64,000 nucleotides of DNA from Octopus sinensis (taxonomy: Eukaryota), in the NCBI RefSeq assembly GCF_006345805.1, contig NC_043002.1, positions 120,156,001-120,220,000 of the forward strand, given 5' to 3'. Below the pieces are notes generated by a model that was not told where the DNA came from, ran no database searches, and was given only the letters and a program-made list of their open reading frames with translations. Shown piece after piece: positions 56,003 to 64,000 of the stretch (within the stretch, counting starts at the first letter, position 1; the number at the start of each line of letters is the position of its first letter). A program made the translations under genes and the position numbers.

Positions 56003-56420
56003 CCGTGTGTGTGTATACAAATTTGCCCCAGTATGGCCGCAGTCAAATGACTGAAACAAGTAAAAGATAAAATATATTTTTTACCTTTCATCTTTTACTT
56101 GTTTCAGTTATTAGCCTGCGGCTATGCTGGGGCACGACCTTGAAGAATTTTCAGTCGAATGTGTCGACTCTAGTACTTAATTCTTTAAGCCTGGTAATTA
56201 TTCTACAGGTACCTTTTGCCGAACCACTAGATTACAGGGATGTAAACACACAAGCACCGATCTTCAAGTGGTAGGGGGGCAAACACAGACACAATCACAC
56301 ACGGCAGGCTTCTTTCTGTTTCCGTCTACTAAATCCACTCACAAGGCTTTGGTCGGCCCCAGGTTATTTGAAAACATTAGGCCAAGGTGCCACGCAGAGG
56401 GATTGAACCCTGAACCATGT
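55735..56420. mobile_element. Cluster of SINE A pieces: minus 55735-55872, plus tail 56022-56070, minus 56086-56420
   Basis: Family A tail and body sequences in both orientations. Confidence 0.75.
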
Positions 56421-56613
56421 GGTCTGGTTCTTATCATACAGTCACGACTTTTTTAAGATTCGGAATGTTTAGTTGTGAATGACAATGAATATATTGGTAA
56501 TATATTGTGTTGCTCAAACACCACTACTTATATATGTATATCAGTTGAAGAAGAACAGTTTCTCTCTAAAATGTTTTTCCAAAATAACTACCAGTCTTTT
56601 CTTTCTCCATGGA

Positions 56614-56995
56614 TGGAAGCACTCCGTCGGTTACGACGACGAGGGTTCCGGTTGATCCGATCAACGGAACAGCCTGCTCGTGAAATTAACGTGTAAGTGG
56701 CTGAGCACTCCACAGACACGTGTACCCTTAACGTAGTTCTCGGGGATATTCAGCGTGACACAGAGAGTGACAAGGCCGGCCCTTTGAAATACAGGTACAA
56801 CAGAAACAGGAAGTAAGAGTGAGAGAAAGTTGTGGTGAAAGAGTACAGCAGGGATCACCACCATCCCTGCCGGAGCCTCGTGGAGCTTTAGGTGTTTTCG
56901 CTCAATAAACACTCACAACGCCCGGTCTGAGAATCGAAACCGCGATCCTACGACCGTGAGTCCGCTGCCCTAACCACTGGGCCATTGCGCCTCCA
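56614..56995 (-). mobile_element. tRNA-derived SINE family C, full length
   Basis: Near-identical to 36291-36669. Confidence 0.9.
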
Positions 56996-57369
56996 CTCTT
57001 TCTCCGTACCCCAGTTATAATTGAAATATATAAGCTTCTCTGATTTATATTAAATGGTTCTAGTTAGAATGGACACTGCTTCCTAACACGGACACTGGGG
57101 CAATGATATTTTTGACGTCTCGTCTCAATTAACAGCTATGATAGGCTAGAAGAAAGTGTGTATTGCTTTACGGTTGCACGGGAAGGAATTACACTTACTT
57201 AGCCTTCTTGTTAAACTTCTAAACAGGGGCAAACGAATGAGGCTCTTACTTGAACATTCGAAATACAGAAACTTGACCCGTGCCCGCTCTTATCTTTTAA
57301 CTTAATATCTCAGAATTGAATTTTAGAAAGTTGAGATGTCACCATAAAATAAGATATTCACCTCCAATA

Positions 57370-57705
57370 AAGTATTGCTGAGATCTAATAGTGGGGGAAT
57401 AGACAACTGGGGGAATATGAAACTGGGATAGAAACAGCAATATATAATGTTTATGACCCAATGTAGAAGATTCTACACAGTAGCTTGATAGGCAAGATTT
57501 GCCCAAGAAGACAGACAAAACATACCAGCCGAATCTCAAGTCATATTCTATCGTTTTTACAATAAGGGAGGAAATGTTTGAGTATGTATCTTGAAACAAA
57601 CTAACAGGACTGAATGATATCAAAGAGAATGTCCTCAGCTACGTTTGCTCTATCTAGGTGTACCAAGGATTCATCAATGGCATACATTTGCTCAATTTAC
57701 TTACA
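57370..57705 (-). pseudogene. Highly decayed CR1/L2-like RT fragment
   Basis: Manual translation AIDESLVHLDRANVAEDILFD resembles LD.G..VD.I.LDF; the rest is weak. Confidence 0.3.
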
Positions 57706-57714
57706 GATCATATG

Positions 57715-58105
57715 TGGAGGCGCAATGGCCCAGTGGTTAGGGCAGCGGACTCGCGGTCATAGGATCGCAGTTTCGATTCCCAAACCGGGCGTTGTGAGTG
57801 TTTATTGAGCGAAAACACCTAAAAGCTACACGAGGCTCTGGCAGGGGATGGTGGTGATCCCTGCTGTACTCTTTCACCACAACTTTCTCTCACTGTCACT
57901 CTTACTTCCTGTTTCTGTTGTACCTGTATTTCAAGGAGCCGGCCTTGTCACTCTCTGTGGCACGCTGAATATCCCCGAGAACTACGTTAAGGGTGCACGT
58001 GTCTGTGGAGTGCTCAGCCACTTACACGTTAATTTCACGAGCAGGCTGTTCCGTTGATTCGGATCAACCGGAACCCTCGTCGTTGTAACCGACGGAGTGC
58101 TTCCA
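57715..58105 (+). mobile_element. tRNA-derived SINE family C, full length
   Basis: ggaggcgcaatggcccagtggttagggcagcggactcgcgg...gtttcgattccc head with Pol III A and B boxes. Confidence 0.9.
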
Positions 58106-58749
58106 CCGAAACCACAGATCATATAAAAATCAGAAAATAATGCTACATGTAAGTAAGTTTTACATATTGTAAGTAGTAAATAAGGATTTCATAATTTCGT
58201 TTCAGAGCAATACAGTTGTAATGTTTCAATGTATAGAGTGATAACAAATGATAATCCTTAAACTATTCTGAATTATCATAAGAAACGATCTCTATAAATA
58301 GAATTTTGTGATAAGAGAATATATTGTTATGGTTATTCTCTTGTTACATCAGTTTCAAGACAGAATATTTCAGTTTGATATAGAAAAGTGCAGTTTTCCA
58401 TCATCGAACAGGCGCATCACGCATGGACTCACAGATGTATACGCCACCATAAATAGATTTAAATGTACTTATGTGATATAGGTTCGTACTAAATATGTGC
58501 ACCTAATGTATCAGGTTTAAACACCTAACTATAAATGCATCGATATATACTTACATGACTGTATATGGACATACACACTAATATGAAAATCTAAATCCGT
58601 AAGTGAATGCAAATATATACACATAAGTATATAAATATAAATATACATAAGTAAGATTACGCACAGAAGCACGCGCACGCGCGCACACACAAGTACACAC
58701 ATGTGGAACGAGGGAGAAAGTTGTATATGCATATATGTATATATATATA

Positions 58750-58788
<39 letters not shown>

Positions 58789-58834
58789 CATATGTATATA
58801 TGTGTGCGTATACATGGTCATACACAAATACAGA

Positions 58835-58865
<31 letters not shown>

Positions 58866-59109
58866 ATGTATATATATGTATATATATATATATATATATG
58901 TGTATGTGTATATATATATAGCACACATATATATAGAGAGTACATATATAAGTATACGTATACATATATATATATATATATGTATGCATATATAACATGT
59001 GTGTGTGAACGTGTGTGAAGAGATACTCTCTAGGGAGAGTGAGAGTAAGAGAAAGATGAGTAGCCATTTACAATCTACATAATGAACATACGCACACACC
59101 ACACATACA

Positions 59110-59185
<76 letters not shown>

Positions 59186-59708
59186 CATATATATGTATGT
59201 ATGTATGTATGCAAGTATGTATGCATGTTTGTGTGTGTGTAAATATATGTTTATATCTGTACGTATATAGGGACCAAGTTAATGACAAAGAAAGAAGGAG
59301 AGTGAGAAAGAAAGACAGGGAGACTTTTTAAAACAGTCTTGAAATAGTTTTGATTAACGGCTTACCTTTGCAGAGCTATAGGGAATAATCGATGATCTTA
59401 TTGAATTATCCAAATGAAGTAGAAAGACATTTTGTAAAGTGAATTGATTATTCTTAGTGATCGATCCCGAAATTATTACACAGTAAATATATCTTTACTG
59501 ATATAGAGAAATTTCAGACTTCCTAATTTAGTTCTTAGTGCACAAGTATACAACTACTGGTTTCATTTCAAGTACACATATTCAAATACAATATACTCCA
59601 ATAAGAGCTGTAGACATACAAATATGCATTCGATACAATTCATACATATTTACATACCTAAGTCCATGTAAGTACAAATACACATACAAACACACACATA
59701 TATACATT

Positions 59709-59788
<80 letters not shown>

Positions 59789-60671
59789 CTATATATATGT
59801 ATATATGTATGAATGTATGTATCTATGCATGTTTATATGTATGTTCATATATAGTTGAGAAAATTTTTGCTTTCCCTAAAAACTGCTAAAAGTATCTGCA
59901 TAAAGGACCCAGGACCAGAAGAGAGTTTGATATTTACTATATTTTCATTGACAGACACTTCACAAGGTATATGAATCTTAATAACTGTATGAATGTAGGG
60001 AATAGGCAGCAAGACTATGAAGTCAGTATAAGGAAATTAAATCTTTACACACACATATAGAGTAAGTCGACCCGTGACCCGGGTAAGACCACGTCCTAGA
60101 CCTGTTTCACTCTAAGTCACATCTCGAGTACTGTGTCCCTATTGCTGATGAAACTTCATAGGAGTCCTAAAGCCTGAAAGGGATTCGCACATCGTCCACG
60201 CAGATGTGCATACATATATTGATAAAATCAACACCCACCCGTATCTATGTGTGTATCGTACTTGGTGCGTATCCGCTTTAAATGGGCCGGTTACTGCACT
60301 ATTAGTCCTGAGATAACATCGCTCACGGATCTGCAATGTTAAATACACAATATATATCAGATAAAGAGAAAACTCCATCCCAGCAGCGGCCAGGAAGTGC
60401 ATGTGTTTGGTGGTGAGCATGCGACGTTGAAAAGGCCCAAATGTCAAAATCTGGCACTCATTCTCGGTGGCCGTTTGGGGAAAAATTCTACTCTCTTTTT
60501 ACCTCTGATATTGATATCAGGGACATTAATATCATGCGTTTTTAACAGAGCAGGCCCATAGCATGTGTTCTGAGAACAAATACTAGGAGAACTGGTCTAC
60601 CGGCAGTTTGTATACATTAAGCATGATGCACAGCTTGCTACCAAATACTGATTATTATTTTGAGTATATAC

Positions 60672-60783
60672 TCCGTAAACAGGCTGTGGATGTGTGTGTG
60701 TGTAATTATGTATACATACACAGAAACACACACATGCTTATATAATTACACACACGCACACACATCCACAGTCAGTTTACGGA
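60672..60783. repeat. Short inverted repeat or MITE-like hairpin
   Basis: tccgtaaacaggctgtggatgtgtgtg...taattat pairs with ataatta...cacacatccacagtcagtttacgga. Confidence 0.75.
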
Positions 60784-61522
60784 TTATGTATGTATCTATA
60801 TGAAGTCAACCTGAGTTGTAAGAAATGCATTGCAATTCAATGTTTCGTTTAATAAAACTTTCCTCATGCACAAGAAAGTAAAATGTAAGCACAATGATAA
60901 TTGATACTTACTCTGAATAGGAAAGGTTTCAAGAAATTAGGTCTAATATCACGATGATATTATTAGCTAGAAAGAACAACGTTTAAATCTTGTTTTGGAC
61001 GCATTTAAATCTCGATTTTACTGCATCAGTATAGCATACTGCTGTTCTTATCCGAAAAAGATATAGACAATTTAACATATATAGAGGAAAGCTCAGTCCC
61101 TAACTAGTGTTACTGACATAATTAAATAAATAGAAAATACGACAAAAAGAGGATGAATATAGATAGACATTCGGTAGTAAGAGGAATACTTGACAAACAC
61201 CACATAATTAGCCTTTGCGAGATATTTTTCAATGGGAATGCTCAAAAAGTTTTATAAAATCATGAATTACATGAGCCAGCTGACGTGTATAGAGTTGAAA
61301 TATAGAGGGAATTTGCTAACCTTTGATACGCGAAATAAAAAGAAATATGTCATCTTGTAGGAAGATGTGTGCATATGTGTATCTAAGACGTAAAACAAAT
61401 ATTGGCTCCTCTTAAAGTTATTACTTAATTACTACTATCTAATAAACAATTAGGTACTTATTTAGTTGGTAGATCTTACATCTAATATAAGAATTGTGTA
61501 AGGAATTGATAAAACTGTTTGC

Positions 61523-61559
<37 letters not shown>

Positions 61560-62232
61560 CGTGCGTATGTGTGTGTGTGTGTGTGAGCGTGTGTGCGTGC
61601 GTGTGTATGTATGTGGGGGCGTGTGTGTGTGTGTGTGTGAGTCAGCAAGCGAGCATCTAAAAAATTGTAAGTATAAATATTCCATCTTTCCCCTTGTGAA
61701 TGATGAAAAATATGACTGACATGTTTAATGAAACTACAGTATGGTATATCTTAAAGTGTGTTTTAGAATGCTGCAGATGTTAGAATTGGTCGTAACTAGA
61801 ATCAAGAATATTGTTTCCTTTCTGACAAAAATTAAGAGTCGGAAAACTCTCAAGACAAAAAGAGAAATGCAATAATAGAAGTTTTCACAAAATTCTTGGA
61901 AATAGCTCAAAAAAGAAGTTCAAAAGATAATAATAGCAAATCTTGGTTCAGTATTAACAAAGAATATATTGTAAACGTAGAATATAAATATACTTGCGCC
62001 AATACAAATTGCGGCAGATCGTATTTTCTGATTTGTGTCTAATTATAATAATTATTATTATTATCCTTTATACTACTTTTAAACAAAGCATTTTATGTTA
62101 TTTGGTTTAACTTTTCCATCTTCCACTCTCTCCATCTCTCTCTCCCTATTTCTGTGGAAATATGTATATATATACATATACATATACATACATACATACA
62201 TACACACATACATACATACATACATACATACA

Positions 62233-62309
<77 letters not shown>

Positions 62310-62821
62310 GTATATATACATATGACATATATCAATGAGCGTGTGTGTGTATGTGTGTGTGCATTTTTGTGTGTGTATGTGTGTGTGCATTTTTGTTTGT
62401 GTATGTGTGTGTGCGCGAGCGTGTATGCGTGCAGGTAATTATGTGTGTATATTACCATAGGTAGAGGGAAAATAGATAAAAAGCAAGAGATGAAAACGAC
62501 AAACAAAATGCCGCAAAATGTATTGTTTAAACGTAACATTAACGATAATTAGAATAAGCAGATTCAAAGAGGACAATACACGCATTATACATACATAACT
62601 ACATACATATTATACATACATATTATACATACATATAAACACACGCACTCACACACACAGACGCACATACAAGCAGATTTTACGACAACACTGTGATTCA
62701 TATCAAGTTGACATTTTTTGAGATGTGTTTCGTGCACTAAGAATGTTGCATGAAGTGTTGGAATTATGTACAAGAGATTTATCCTGAGAATATTTTCAGC
62801 ATTATTTATATTTGTATGAAC

Positions 62822-63030
62822 AGGACGAGTTGACAAAATCGCTACTGCGCCAGACAAAACGCTTAGCAGCGTTTCTGACGGTTTTACCTTCTGATTTCGA
62901 ATTTCGTGGAGGTAGACTTAGCCTGTTGTTCACTGAGATTTGATAAAATAATAATCATACGAGCACTGCCGTTGATATAATCAACTAGCACCCACCACAA
63001 AGCGAAATTCAGACCTTGTGAATATAGACG
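62822..63030 (+). mobile_element. SINE family B, old copy
   Basis: aggacgagttgacaaaatcg...gcttagcagcg...ttctga.ttcgaatt...gaggtagactt.gcct. Confidence 0.6.
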
Positions 63031-63136
63031 AAATAATTGTTAATACTTGCTTGTATCATTACGTATATCACTGCGCATAAAGAATTGAATATTTAATCAG
63101 TAATGTTTCACATTTAAAAAAAATCTGAATATTTTC

Positions 63137-63682
<546 letters not shown>

Positions 63683-63683
<1 letters not shown>

Positions 63684-63992
63684 GCAAAAGGGGCTGATTG
63701 CTACCTAGCTCAGATACCAGGAAACCCCAAAATGGCAGAAATTCAAAAGATAGTGCTTATGGGAACTGCCCATATCCTACGCAAAATACTTTCTATGTAA
63801 TCTCAAGTTTTAAAACAAGCACATAATTTTCTTATGGTTTCTTAAACATTCTCTAAAACAACACTGTGTACAAAACCAAATATATGGCACCCTAGGCATA
63901 ACACCAACACGAACTTCTAACTTGTTGTCTCTTGAGATCTCTGGGTGAGACTTGGAGGCAACTTGTACAAATGTAAAGCAAAAGTCAAACAT
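63683..63992 (+). mobile_element. Dong/R4-like 3' end (ORF terminus and 3' UTR)
   Basis: Encodes AKGADCYLAQIPGNPKMAEIQKIVLMGTAHILRKILSM*, nearly identical to the end of ORF 3274-3684. TAA repeats on both sides. Confidence 0.9.
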
Positions 63993-64000
63993 ATAATAAT

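Noticed and set aside
57715-57790. tRNA gene
   Set aside because: The tRNA-like head continues into a SINE body found three times in the window, with no clean acceptor stem.

Overview
AT-rich, microsatellite-dense eukaryotic DNA with no confidently identifiable host gene. Almost all listed ORFs are translations of simple repeats. The repeat landscape suggests an octopus (coleoid cephalopod) intron or intergenic region, but this is an inference. The window holds three SINE families, a decayed full-length Tc1, mariner remnants, two non-autonomous Helitrons, Dong/R4-like elements in (TAA)n, Tx1, RTE and CR1-like relics, and Penelope RT and GIY-YIG remnants. The main signal is a set of largely unrelated short elements embedded in (TA)n. 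They carry minimal type I hammerhead ribozyme (HHR) folds with palindromic stem III, found by eye at about 0.8/1.0, 6.8/6.9, 10.1/10.4, 14.1/14.7, 32.9/37.3, 34.1 and 47.8 kb. Their cores show C3-G8, U3-A8 and G3-C8 covariation and a recurrent U4C variant. Two loci are circularly permuted units of about 352 and 539 nt, as expected for Penelope pLTR or retrozyme-like (possibly circular RNA) templates. All folds are manual and no ribozyme activity is demonstrated.
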